From NCBI GenBank assembly GCA_016839915.1, contig JAEOTH010000109.1, positions 4,439 to 68,438 of the forward strand: a stretch of 64,000 nt of DNA, in the 5' to 3' direction. The notes under the pieces are model-generated. The model saw only the letters and a list, made by a program, of their open reading frames with translations, made no database searches and was not told the DNA's origin. Origin of the DNA: Promethearchaeota archaeon. Its GTDB lineage: Archaea > Asgardarchaeota > Lokiarchaeia > Sigyniarchaeales > SOKP01. Of this stretch, positions 19,315 to 28,755 are shown one piece after another (position 1 is the stretch's first letter; every line of letters begins with the position of its first letter). The position numbers and the translations under genes were made by a program.

Positions 19315-20154
19315 ATGAATTATAAAAAACTTGACTTTGAATCCAATTATTTTGATCTTTTTGAAATTTCAGACGGTATTTATGCAGCAATATCAAAAAA
19401 AGATTCAGGATCAAGCGTGAGTTCGGGATTCTTTGATTTAGGAAACTACATCATAATTTTTGATACTCACATATATCCTGGTGCTGCTCGTGATTTAATT
19501 AACGCAGTAAAGGATTTATATGGTAAAGATTCATCTTTTATTATTAATAGCCATTTTCATAGTGATCATCTTCTTGGTAATTGCCTTTTTCCAGAAAGTA
19601 CTCCAATTATCAGTACACCTATTACATTGAACAAAATTAAAGAAGTATGCTATGATCACCTCAAACACTTTCAAGAGACTGCTGAAGAAGAAGTTAAAAA
19701 ACGCAATGAAATGTTAAATGCTGATAATCCTCCCTTTAGTAAGCAAGAAATCTACAACGATTTAGAATTCTATAAGTACGTGACAGATCCTAATTTTAAA
19801 ATCAGATTACCAGATTTTTTGATTAATAATGATCTTATTATTAATGGAACAGAAAAAACCGTCCATTTGATTCTAAAAAGTTCTGGACATACTGATTCCG
19901 ACATTATAGCTTATTTTCCTAATGAAAAGATTTGTTTTATGGGGGATTTATTATTTGCTGATTTAGATGATAGTTGGGCACCAAGTGAAACTGGAAGATT
20001 TAATGCCGTTAATCCCCCAAAATTATATGAAATCTTAGAATCACTAATAAAGAAAGATATTGAAATATATGTACCTGGACACGGAGATTTATCCACAAAA
20101 AACGAAGTTCAGATGAATATGGACTTCATAAAAAAGTATTACCTAAAAGAATAA
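19315..20154 (+). CDS. MBL-fold metallo-hydrolase (paralog 2, diverged)
   Basis: HFHSDH motif, SGHTDSD, GDLLF, PGHG. 279 aa. Shares the N-terminal LDFES.YFDL motif with its neighbours. Confidence 0.85.
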   Translation: MNYKKLDFESNYFDLFEISDGIYAAISKKDSGSSVSSGFFDLGNYIIIFDTHIYPGAARDLINAVKDLYGKDSSFIINSHFHSDHLLGNCLFPESTPIISTPITLNKIKEVCYDHLKHFQETAEEEVKKRNEMLNADNPPFSKQEIYNDLEFYKYVTDPNFKIRLPDFLINNDLIINGTEKTVHLILKSSGHTDSDIIAYFPNEKICFMGDLLFADLDDSWAPSETGRFNAVNPPKLYEILESLIKKDIEIYVPGHGDLSTKNEVQMNMDFIKKYYLKE

Positions 20155-20190
20155 AATAAATCATTAAAATACTAAATAAATAGAGATATA

Positions 20191-21141
20191 ATGATGGATT
20201 ATATAAGAAAGTTAGATTTTGAATCAGAATTCTTTGATCTTTATAAGCTTTCAGACAGTGCTTATGGAGCTATTGAAAAAGAGAATTCTGGTATGGGATC
20301 AAATGCAGGATTTATTGATATTGGTGATTATTTAATTATAATTGATACAACTCTTAATAGTAAAGCAGCTGAAGATTTAAAACGAGCTTCTTATGAATAC
20401 ACACAAAAAGAGCCTAATTTCATTGTAATAACTCATTATCATTTAGATCATGTTATCGGAAACTCCATTTTCGATAAATCAATTCAAATAATTACTTCAG
20501 ATCGAACTCTAGCCAATATTAAAACAGAAAGTAAAAAGATGTTTGATAAATTAAAGGATTTTGATCCAGAGAAAATCACTGAATTAGAGGAATCCCTCAA
20601 AACTGAAAAAGAAGAAGAGAAGATCTTAGATATACAAAATGATCTTAGATTTTTGAAAGGTATCCAATCAGTTAAATTTCTAAGGGAACCTAACATTACT
20701 TTTAAAGAAGGATGCATTATCCATGGGATAGATAAAACAGTTCAATTAAGAACATTTAGTAAGGCTCATACCGATGGAGATGTCATAGTTTATATTCCTG
20801 ATGATAAAGTATTATTTGCGGGTGATCTTTTATTTTCTAATAGTGATCCATGGCTAGGTTCAGGAGATCCAGAAGGTTGGTTATTAGTAAATGATGAATT
20901 GATGACATTAGATTTTAGAGTTACAGTCCCTGGGCATGGAAATTTGGCAACAAAAAGGGAGTTTTCCTTACAAAATAAATATATTAGAGAAATTATTAAT
21001 CTAGTGAAAACTCACATTAAATCTGGAGGTGACCCAAACCAGATTAAAAGAAATGATTTTTCTAAAGAATTACAATCTTGGAAAAGTATAACTTTTGGCT
21101 GGAATATTAATTTTCTTACTAAGCTATTAACAAAATCCTAA
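20191..21141 (+). CDS. MBL-fold metallo-hydrolase (paralog 3, close to paralog 1)
   Basis: HYHLDH motif, KAHTDGD, GDLLF, PGHG. Collinear high similarity to 18193..19140 over the full length. Confidence 0.85.
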   Translation: MMDYIRKLDFESEFFDLYKLSDSAYGAIEKENSGMGSNAGFIDIGDYLIIIDTTLNSKAAEDLKRASYEYTQKEPNFIVITHYHLDHVIGNSIFDKSIQIITSDRTLANIKTESKKMFDKLKDFDPEKITELEESLKTEKEEEKILDIQNDLRFLKGIQSVKFLREPNITFKEGCIIHGIDKTVQLRTFSKAHTDGDVIVYIPDDKVLFAGDLLFSNSDPWLGSGDPEGWLLVNDELMTLDFRVTVPGHGNLATKREFSLQNKYIREIINLVKTHIKSGGDPNQIKRNDFSKELQSWKSITFGWNINFLTKLLTKS

Positions 21142-21170
21142 TTTTTTATCTTTTTAAACTTCAAAATGAG

Positions 21171-22217
21171 TTACAGAAGATTCTTTTCTTTGATAATTTT
21201 ATAATATTGGGCATGTTCTTGACGTACAAGCTTAATTTCTCCTCTCAGATCTTTTAATTCTTGTTTCATATTTTCCTTTTCATTAGCTGCACCCAAAAGT
21301 TTATCATTCAATTTATTAATTTCGAGTTCTAAATTTGGGACTGATTCACTTTCCCGCTTAGCTTTTAATACCTGAAATTTTAATTTTTTATTTGTTTCAT
21401 TCAATTTATCAATTTCTTGGTTAAGGTTTTCATTAACAAGTTTTATCTTTTGGATTTCAACAAGAATTTTTTCAGCTCCTTGTTCAATTTCATCTGTATC
21501 ACCTAATTTTGCTTTTAAGTGAGTAATCCTTTCATCTTTCTGATCTAATGCCATTTTTTGCACATTAGTCAATCTTTTTAATTCTCTATTTTTTGCTGTT
21601 AAAGTTGCATTGTATTCATTTAATTCTGCCATCTGCATGCTCCAATTTTCTAACTTCGAATACAATCCTGCTACCTCATTTTTTAAAGCCTCAACATTTC
21701 TTAAATGTTCAGATCTATCTGAAACCAATAAAGAGACTTTTTGAGCAAGATCATCGATCTTTCCCTTTTTTTCCCCTATTTCCTGTACGAATTCTTGCCT
21801 TTCCTGCCAATACGCATCGAGCTCACCTTTTTCTAACAATTTGTATGATTTAACAAATAGTTCTTTAAACTTTTTTTCTTTTCTTCTCGATAATAAATCA
21901 AAGGCGATTCTTCTTACTTGCCCCTCAAAATTTCTAGGAAGGATATCCTCATCAGAGAGAAATACCGTTATCACATGATCCCCTTTCCCAATAAAATGTT
22001 TAGAGGAATGACCGGTGAAAAAACTAGCAACACTAAGATCTCGTTTTACTTGCATTTCCAAATAATTCGGACCTGTTCTAATTTTTTTATGCTCTTCAAA
22101 AACAGTTGCTAACATTGAATCTGTAACACCTAAATCTTCGCAGATATTCTCTGGAAATTCAATATCTTTCGATAACTCTGACTTTTTATCCAGATTTAGA
22201 ATTATAATTCCTTTCAA
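21171..22217 (-). CDS. Protein with N-terminal alpha/beta domain (related to the N-terminus of 4904..6031) and ~200-aa C-terminal coiled coil
   Basis: 348 aa. TTG start. The C-terminal half is heptad-rich (..LKNEVAGLYSKLENWSMQMAELNEYNATLTAKNRELKRL..). No TM segment. Confidence 0.55.
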   Translation of the reverse strand: MKGIIILNLDKKSELSKDIEFPENICEDLGVTDSMLATVFEEHKKIRTGPNYLEMQVKRDLSVASFFTGHSSKHFIGKGDHVITVFLSDEDILPRNFEGQVRRIAFDLLSRRKEKKFKELFVKSYKLLEKGELDAYWQERQEFVQEIGEKKGKIDDLAQKVSLLVSDRSEHLRNVEALKNEVAGLYSKLENWSMQMAELNEYNATLTAKNRELKRLTNVQKMALDQKDERITHLKAKLGDTDEIEQGAEKILVEIQKIKLVNENLNQEIDKLNETNKKLKFQVLKAKRESESVPNLELEINKLNDKLLGAANEKENMKQELKDLRGEIKLVRQEHAQYYKIIKEKNLL

Positions 22218-22313
22218 AGGTCATCCCAAAAAAGTAATTAATTTTAAGGTTCCTAATGTACAAATATAATACTTACTCTAATATTAATTACTATAAAAAA
22301 TATAATAGATATA

Positions 22314-23861
22314 CTAAGTGTAAATATGGGAAAAAGTATCTACTGTTTTTCCAACATCAGTAGTTAAATAATTTTGCTTAAATATTGATGCAAAAAATGC
22401 TCTATCTTCCGGATTGAAATAATTATAGCCAAATTTTTTCCATTCAATACTGGAATGCAATGGTGCAATAAGAGCTATTTGATCTTTAACCATGTTCATT
22501 AACAATAAATTCTTCTCTTGTTTAGTCTTATTTGAAATGGTTGTTAATAGAATATCTTCATTGAAAGTGTCCCATGTATCTTTAAATTGGATGCAAAATC
22601 TTTTAATGTCTATTTTATTCTCTACGATTAATTTTGCTATAGCTTTTATAGATGTTTCATAAGTACTTATTTTATTTTGATGAAATTGAGGATTGGAAAT
22701 TATAATACTAGGCACCGATTTTGATTCTTTCTGATTTTGAGGGGTATTATACTCTGGTAGAATTCTAATCTGATTTAAACCAATTATATTTCTAACATCT
22801 GAAATTGTTCCGCCACTATCAAAGAATTGTTTATTTATAATATACTTAAGAAGCTTTTGTGCATGAACATCTCCAAAATAAGGATAATCTGAAGCATATA
22901 ATAAATATTGAGACCAGGTCCTATTATCAACACTTTTTTTATTCTTAGATTGGAACCATCTTTGAAAACTCTCAAAAAAGTTTCCTGCTCCTGCACCATG
23001 CAGCATTGAAAGATCTCCATATGTGTTTGGTTGAACAATTGTATTATATACTTCATAGTCATCAATATTTCCTTGAGCAAAGTGGGCTATAATAACTTTA
23101 AAATGAGGTAATAACTCGGGGAAATTCGATTGAATCACGTTTCTGGTTGATCGCACTAACTTTCCTATTTCTAGAATTGAACCTCTCCCTCTTGTGTCAA
23201 AAATAACAGGTAAAGAATAGCTTGCAGCCTCAATAAGAACATTTATTACTTTTTCAGAAGTCATTTTGTCAATATATCCTTCTGATCGTGGATGTAATTT
23301 CAAACCTCGAAGTCCTAGTGTTTCCTTTATATACTTTACTTCATTTACTGCTTTTTGCCCTTCCATTGGATCACAACGACCATACCCAATTAATTTCATA
23401 GAAAAAGGAAATCGAGTAGTAAATCGTGATACATTTATATTACTTGCTCTATAAAGTGCTTCAGGAAGTTTATCTCGAAATACGTCCTGGAATGGGAAGC
23501 AAACACCTTGATCAATGAATGAATAAAACTTGGATTTCTCCTTTAAGTCAGAATGTCTTTTTCCTAATTTTTCAAGCTCGCCATAAAGCCGATCTGTAAA
23601 GGGAAAAGTAGTAAAAGACCAAGATATCTTCGTGAACTTACCATCCAGTGTAGTTGTAAAGGATTGCTCTCCAGTCTTTTGCCAATCCGCTTTTATTCTG
23701 CCTTGTACATTACCCCAAAAATCGAAAGTTCCTACTCCTGGAGCTAAAGGATTCATCATATTTGCCCCATCTACATCTTGACCTAGATGAGAATGAGCAT
23801 CAATAACAAGTAAATGCTCCACTCTTTTTTTTCCATCTTGTTCGATAGTACACGTTAACAT
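22314..23861 (-). CDS. Amidohydrolase-superfamily (TIM-barrel metal-dependent hydrolase) protein with extra C-terminal domain
   Basis: LLVIDAHSHLGQD (HxH) near the N-terminus, later KLHP and AHF motifs. 515 aa. Confidence 0.6.
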   Translation of the reverse strand: MLTCTIEQDGKKRVEHLLVIDAHSHLGQDVDGANMMNPLAPGVGTFDFWGNVQGRIKADWQKTGEQSFTTTLDGKFTKISWSFTTFPFTDRLYGELEKLGKRHSDLKEKSKFYSFIDQGVCFPFQDVFRDKLPEALYRASNINVSRFTTRFPFSMKLIGYGRCDPMEGQKAVNEVKYIKETLGLRGLKLHPRSEGYIDKMTSEKVINVLIEAASYSLPVIFDTRGRGSILEIGKLVRSTRNVIQSNFPELLPHFKVIIAHFAQGNIDDYEVYNTIVQPNTYGDLSMLHGAGAGNFFESFQRWFQSKNKKSVDNRTWSQYLLYASDYPYFGDVHAQKLLKYIINKQFFDSGGTISDVRNIIGLNQIRILPEYNTPQNQKESKSVPSIIISNPQFHQNKISTYETSIKAIAKLIVENKIDIKRFCIQFKDTWDTFNEDILLTTISNKTKQEKNLLLMNMVKDQIALIAPLHSSIEWKKFGYNYFNPEDRAFFASIFKQNYLTTDVGKTVDTFSHIYT

Positions 23862-23891
23862 ATATTTATCCCCTAATTTTAATACTATTTT

Positions 23892-25562
23892 TTAATCCCT
23901 CATCTCTTTTGGAAGAGTTAAAACTCCCGTTAGGGGATTATTTAAAGGATCTTGGCAATATTGAATTGTGAAATAAATTAAATCGTATAGGATACTGGGA
24001 TCCTCTCCATTTTTTAGTTTATAATCATAAAGGGATAGTTGATATTCTGCTTCAGTTATCGGCGGTTCTGCATAAGAAACATTCCCAAAAACAGATTGCA
24101 AAATTGGCTTCATAAAGGGAGAATATAAAAAGCCTAACTCTTTCAATTCATCCTTTAGATAGAAAAACATTCTCTGAACTGCTTGCATCATATAACGTAT
24201 TGGTTGACCTACTGGTCCTAAATATTGATCAGCAAATTCAGGATCATATTGGGCAAGCTTTTCACGGGTTAAATCGGGAGCAGGTCTAAACAGAGAAATT
24301 AAACCCCTCTCAATTGCACTTTGACGATTTGTTGCAATTGTTTGACTGCCTGCATCGGGTACCCAAACTCCTTTTTCTAGGAGTTTTCTGGCTTTATAGC
24401 ACATAGCTTGAATTAACATTCCAACTCCGATTCGACGGCAAATAGAAATCTGCGCATCACTAATTCTGATTTCGATTGTGCCCCAATCAGTAAATGGAAA
24501 CACATCCTGAAATCGACCATCCTCTAAACTAGCTTTTTGAACAGTTTGGAGGAAAAAATTCTGCGAATTTTGGTCTGTGGAAGTTAAATAAGGTATAAAA
24601 AATTTTGGGTTGTTTCCACTTAACATTGTCGTATTATATTTCAATCTTAATGACCTTACACAGTTAGGTGCAGTAATTCTTCCGTTAATAATTTTCACAA
24701 CATCAGTTGGTTTATTGTTTAAAATTGGTGAATTACATGTAAGGCTAATCAAGTGGGGCAGAAAATTTCTTATCATGCAATAACTCTGCACTTTCTCCAA
24801 TTCCGATTGGAAAGTACCTATATGGCTGTGATCGGCCTGACTCAAACCTCTCTGATACGTTTGGGTCGCAGGATTAATCGCTGAAGCGATAATGTGCAAA
24901 TCTTTAGGTAGGGTAGCTTTTGCTAATAAAAATAGAGTGCTCGCCCAGAATGCTAGTTCTTCAACATATACACATGGAGGGGTAACAAGCTCCAAAATAT
25001 ATGTAATTGCTGTTACATTTCCATCCCTCGCAAATGTATCAATATCTACAGAATTATCCCCCAAGGCGTATCGAATATCCATTGCATATCCCTTTTCAAG
25101 ATCGTCTCGCCCCCAAGGTCGAGCTAAAACCTTTTGTCTAATATATTCTGGTACTGGTAGAAAATCACTTCTTCCCTCATATAAGATCTCGTCCATGATT
25201 TTAATGGCGTCTTTTACGATTTCTTTCATTCGATAGACCATTTCTTCCCCAGGAGGATAATTTCCATTGTCATCTGCTATTATCAACTCCATTTCAATCC
25301 CATGAGTAAATGGTAAAGGTGTCCAATGTTCAGTATCAGCGAGCATTTCTGCCCATGGTCTTTCAGGAATATATACTTCTCGATAATCAGTCCCAAGAAA
25401 TAATTTATCACCAGATCTATCAATGTTATTTCCTAATGAAACACCTGGTGCTTCAGCTTTACCTTTTTTAGCATACAATTTGGAAAAAGTATCTGCTTTT
25501 TGTCCTGATTTTTGCTTCTTTTTTTTCTCTTTTTTTTGTTTTTTCTTTTTGTCTTTTGCCAT
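23892..25562 (-). CDS. Glutamate-cysteine ligase family 2 / carboxylate-amine ligase-like protein with Lys-rich N-terminal tail
   Basis: GIEMELIIAD.. near the start of the core and GTIEIRISDAQ later resemble GCS2/YbdK signature blocks. The N-terminus is MAKDKKKKQKKEKKKKQKSGQK. Confidence 0.5.
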   Translation of the reverse strand: MAKDKKKKQKKEKKKKQKSGQKADTFSKLYAKKGKAEAPGVSLGNNIDRSGDKLFLGTDYREVYIPERPWAEMLADTEHWTPLPFTHGIEMELIIADDNGNYPPGEEMVYRMKEIVKDAIKIMDEILYEGRSDFLPVPEYIRQKVLARPWGRDDLEKGYAMDIRYALGDNSVDIDTFARDGNVTAITYILELVTPPCVYVEELAFWASTLFLLAKATLPKDLHIIASAINPATQTYQRGLSQADHSHIGTFQSELEKVQSYCMIRNFLPHLISLTCNSPILNNKPTDVVKIINGRITAPNCVRSLRLKYNTTMLSGNNPKFFIPYLTSTDQNSQNFFLQTVQKASLEDGRFQDVFPFTDWGTIEIRISDAQISICRRIGVGMLIQAMCYKARKLLEKGVWVPDAGSQTIATNRQSAIERGLISLFRPAPDLTREKLAQYDPEFADQYLGPVGQPIRYMMQAVQRMFFYLKDELKELGFLYSPFMKPILQSVFGNVSYAEPPITEAEYQLSLYDYKLKNGEDPSILYDLIYFTIQYCQDPLNNPLTGVLTLPKEMRD

Positions 25563-25676
25563 AAAACCCTTCCCTTTTTATTGCTTTATAATATTTTCTA
25601 TTTTTAAAATATCTTAATATCTTTCACAATATATATAAAAAGTCTTAATTTTAAATTTTGGTTAAGTCACTTCATT

Positions 25677-27524
25677 TTATAGTAAAGATTGTATGAAATT
25701 CTTAAATAAATCATAATCGTTAATAAATTCATAGGATAGTATTAAATTGACTATCTTAGCTTTGTTGGTCGGAAAAATGTTTATCAATTCTTCAGAGATC
25801 TTACCACCCTTAAAAACTGAATCATCGACAATAATGTTGACAGTTTCTCCAATCTTTTTAATCTTTTTGTAAATCCTATCATTAGATTCTTGGTCAGATG
25901 ATATAATAATCGTTGGTTTTCCTAAATATGGAATAAAATCTAAATTAAAAACTATTGTTTGACCAGGAGCACTATTGAGATTATTAAAAAATTGTTTTAA
26001 AGAACTATTTAAAGTTCTTAACTCCTTTTCAGTATAATTCTCTGGTGATGGAAAAATATAATACGCAAATGATTTCTTTAATGAATACTTTAAATCGTTA
26101 TATACACGATCTATTATTGGAAACACACTAAATTCAAAACCAAACAATGATAAGAGCACAATATTAAAATTAAAATCATTAGCAAGAATATTATTGCTTA
26201 CGTTTCCACCACTTAAACTAAAATTTTTAATATCAGTAGTAATCTTGGAAACATAACTATTTAATAAGAAATATTGAGAAAAAACTGGCGTAGCTTCTAT
26301 TTTTGTTTGAATTTCATCTATAATTTCATATATCACATCAAATAGATCTTTTGCTAATTTCTCTTTTAAATCATTGACAGTTATACTTTCAATAATAGAA
26401 TTGGCACTTGAAGGGTTCTCAATTTCTGCAAAAATACAAATTGAATCTTTTAATAGTTCATAAGATTCTTTTTTAACTTTTTTATTATCCAAATTGTCCA
26501 AATACGATTGAAGAATTGTGTGTATTATTGATTTAAAAATGTTGACTAATGTAGAATTCTGAGCGTGTAATTTTCTTGCGATATTAAATAAAACTTTTGT
26601 CTTTAGCAACTTATTATCTATTTGTGATACTAAGCTCTGAGCTAATGATGGATTAGATTCTATAACTTTACTAAATACAGTAATTAAAAGATCTTCCTTA
26701 AAGGAAGGAGTCTGAATTAAAAGTGCTGTTCTGACTGCTTGCTCAGGGTTAATTAAAACCTGATCGATAGCCAAATATTTTAAAATATTTTGTTGAATAT
26801 CTAAATCCTGTAAATTTGTTGTTATTTGAACCACTTGATTAAAATCTTTGGATGCATATGCTCGTATTAAATTAGTATATAATTTAACTTGTTCTGTGTT
26901 ATCTGATAACATTAAAGCAAATTCTAAAGCTTTTAGAGGAGTATTAATTGAAAGATAACCTTTAGCTAATTGGATTATATAAGAATCTATTTTTTCAAGG
27001 AGTTGAGAAGTTGGTGAACCCATTGACTGTGCAGTTTCGAATTCCTCTCTCAAAGTCTTTAATTGTTTTTCTGCTTTTTTTATTACATCCTGAGTCATAC
27101 CAATAAAATAATTATCTGGATCAAACGGTTCTATCTTTTGTGTAATTTGCAAATAATGGCGGTCTAAAATCTTTTGTATTTTACTATTAGGAACAGCATC
27201 TCGAACTTTTTGCACTTTTACTTTAAATTGGATTATTTTAAGCCAATTTACATTAATAGTCAATTTACCATAACCATTAACTGTTGGTATTAACTTTAGG
27301 TCTATTGTCTTGGTTTTTCCCGGCTCAAATTCTATATGGTCCCTAAATTCCTCTGATTCCAATTCAATATTTAAATTTTCTCCCTCAAATTCAAGTTTGA
27401 ACGTCTCTTTTTTACTTGAATGGTTTACTACCTGAATCTTAATCTCGTTATCTATATCAGAAATCAATAAATTCTGCGGAAATTGTGTAATATTTAAGGA
27501 GATGATTTTATCTACGTTTGACAT
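25677..27524 (-). CDS. Hypothetical protein (beta-sandwich-like N-terminus, helical repeat middle, alpha/beta C-terminus)
   Basis: Long uninterrupted 615-aa ORF with no recognisable catalytic motif. Confidence 0.5.
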   Translation of the reverse strand: MSNVDKIISLNITQFPQNLLISDIDNEIKIQVVNHSSKKETFKLEFEGENLNIELESEEFRDHIEFEPGKTKTIDLKLIPTVNGYGKLTINVNWLKIIQFKVKVQKVRDAVPNSKIQKILDRHYLQITQKIEPFDPDNYFIGMTQDVIKKAEKQLKTLREEFETAQSMGSPTSQLLEKIDSYIIQLAKGYLSINTPLKALEFALMLSDNTEQVKLYTNLIRAYASKDFNQVVQITTNLQDLDIQQNILKYLAIDQVLINPEQAVRTALLIQTPSFKEDLLITVFSKVIESNPSLAQSLVSQIDNKLLKTKVLFNIARKLHAQNSTLVNIFKSIIHTILQSYLDNLDNKKVKKESYELLKDSICIFAEIENPSSANSIIESITVNDLKEKLAKDLFDVIYEIIDEIQTKIEATPVFSQYFLLNSYVSKITTDIKNFSLSGGNVSNNILANDFNFNIVLLSLFGFEFSVFPIIDRVYNDLKYSLKKSFAYYIFPSPENYTEKELRTLNSSLKQFFNNLNSAPGQTIVFNLDFIPYLGKPTIIISSDQESNDRIYKKIKKIGETVNIIVDDSVFKGGKISEELINIFPTNKAKIVNLILSYEFINDYDLFKNFIQSLL

Positions 27525-27646
27525 AATTTAAATGATTTTTTTATTCATTTAATTAATACTAGTTTAAAATTTCTCATTTAATTTTAGGTTTAATAATTAA
27601 TAATGGATTAACTACTTAAGGTTTAGTTCATAAAAGTCTATGAACA

Positions 27647-28384
27647 TTATTTTCCCATTCTTCGATTTCTTCTTATATATTCCTCAAGGTCCTCAATAAT
27701 CATTTCTTTATTATAATCAGGCCATAAATCTTCTCTAAATTTAAATTCAGCATAGGAAGAATCCCACAGTAAAAATCCTGAAATTCTTGCTCCATCATCC
27801 ATCCCAGTTCTAATTATATAATCCAATGGGGGGAAATTTTTAGTGTAGAGATAATCTTTAATCAATTCAGTATTAATTTTCTCTATTTTAATTCCATCGT
27901 TGATTATCTTCTTCACAGCATCAACAATTTCTTCATGTCCATCATACATTATACAGAGATTTATGAAGTTTTGATCATGATTTTTTGTGAAATCAACTAA
28001 TTCTTGAAATTTAGCTCTTGCTTTTGGTGGTAGCATTGAAAGTCTCCCAATAACATTAAATTTAACTTTTTCTTCCTTCACAATCGATTCATTGATAACA
28101 GTATCAACCGCTTTAATCATTATTTTATAAATATACCAAAGTTCTTCAGGACTTCGCTTCTTCGCGTTTTCAAGTGATAATATGTACATACTTAGATAAT
28201 GGATTCCAGCATCAAAAAAATCGAATAATCTTTTTTTCAGGTTTTCATATCCTACTAAATGCCCGAAATTAATATCCAGATTTCTTTTTTTAGCCCACCG
28301 TCTGTTACCGTCAATAATCAATCCAATATGTTTAGGTAGCTTATCCTTTGCTGTTTCTTTTAATTTTTCTAAAGTGGTATCCAT
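27647..28384 (-). CDS. uppS: cis-Prenyltransferase (undecaprenyl/polyprenyl diphosphate synthase, UppS family)
   Basis: HIGLIIDGNRRWAKK motif, ..RTGMDDGARISGFLLWDSSYAEF.., 245 aa. Confidence 0.9.
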   Translation of the reverse strand: MDTTLEKLKETAKDKLPKHIGLIIDGNRRWAKKRNLDINFGHLVGYENLKKRLFDFFDAGIHYLSMYILSLENAKKRSPEELWYIYKIMIKAVDTVINESIVKEEKVKFNVIGRLSMLPPKARAKFQELVDFTKNHDQNFINLCIMYDGHEEIVDAVKKIINDGIKIEKINTELIKDYLYTKNFPPLDYIIRTGMDDGARISGFLLWDSSYAEFKFREDLWPDYNKEMIIEDLEEYIRRNRRMGK

Positions 28385-28755
28385 CTAGCTCAATAAAAGT
28401 TGTAATATTTTCAATATTAATATAAATATTAAAGATATTAATTTTATCTAAAGATTATTTTGAATGAATATTCCTTATTTATATAATGAATCATAAAGAA
28501 AGACGGCATTGGTTTAAATCTCTTAAATATTAGCTCTATTTAATAATACCATCTTCTAATTTTATGTTGTGAATATTTGCAAAAGGAAGAACTAATTATT
28601 CAAAATATATAACACTTGTAAGAATTTGAACCATTGATATTATTAGTCTATTGAGAATTTTTATATTTGAGATTCTTTTAATAAGTATAATTTTAATATA
28701 GATAAGTTTTTGAACAAATAAATATTATATTAAGAAAAACAGAGAAATACTGTTA

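Noticed and set aside
24892-25236. Further nested ORFs. Others include 18599-18784, 19911-20096, 20484-20717, 21593-21853, 21918-22112, 22835-23080, 23266-23454, 25423-25617, 28824-29096, 31228-31545, 33398-33652, 33908-34216, 36004-36279, 37972-38220, 39790-40128, 41122-41343, 42740-42946, 44173-44364, 44942-45175, 46991-47432, 47874-48086, 48229-48426, 51132-51335, 54431-54616, 59061-59246, 59340-59573, 61282-61542, 61891-62124 and 62729-63013.
   Set aside because: Same reasoning: they are shadow ORFs within well-supported genes.
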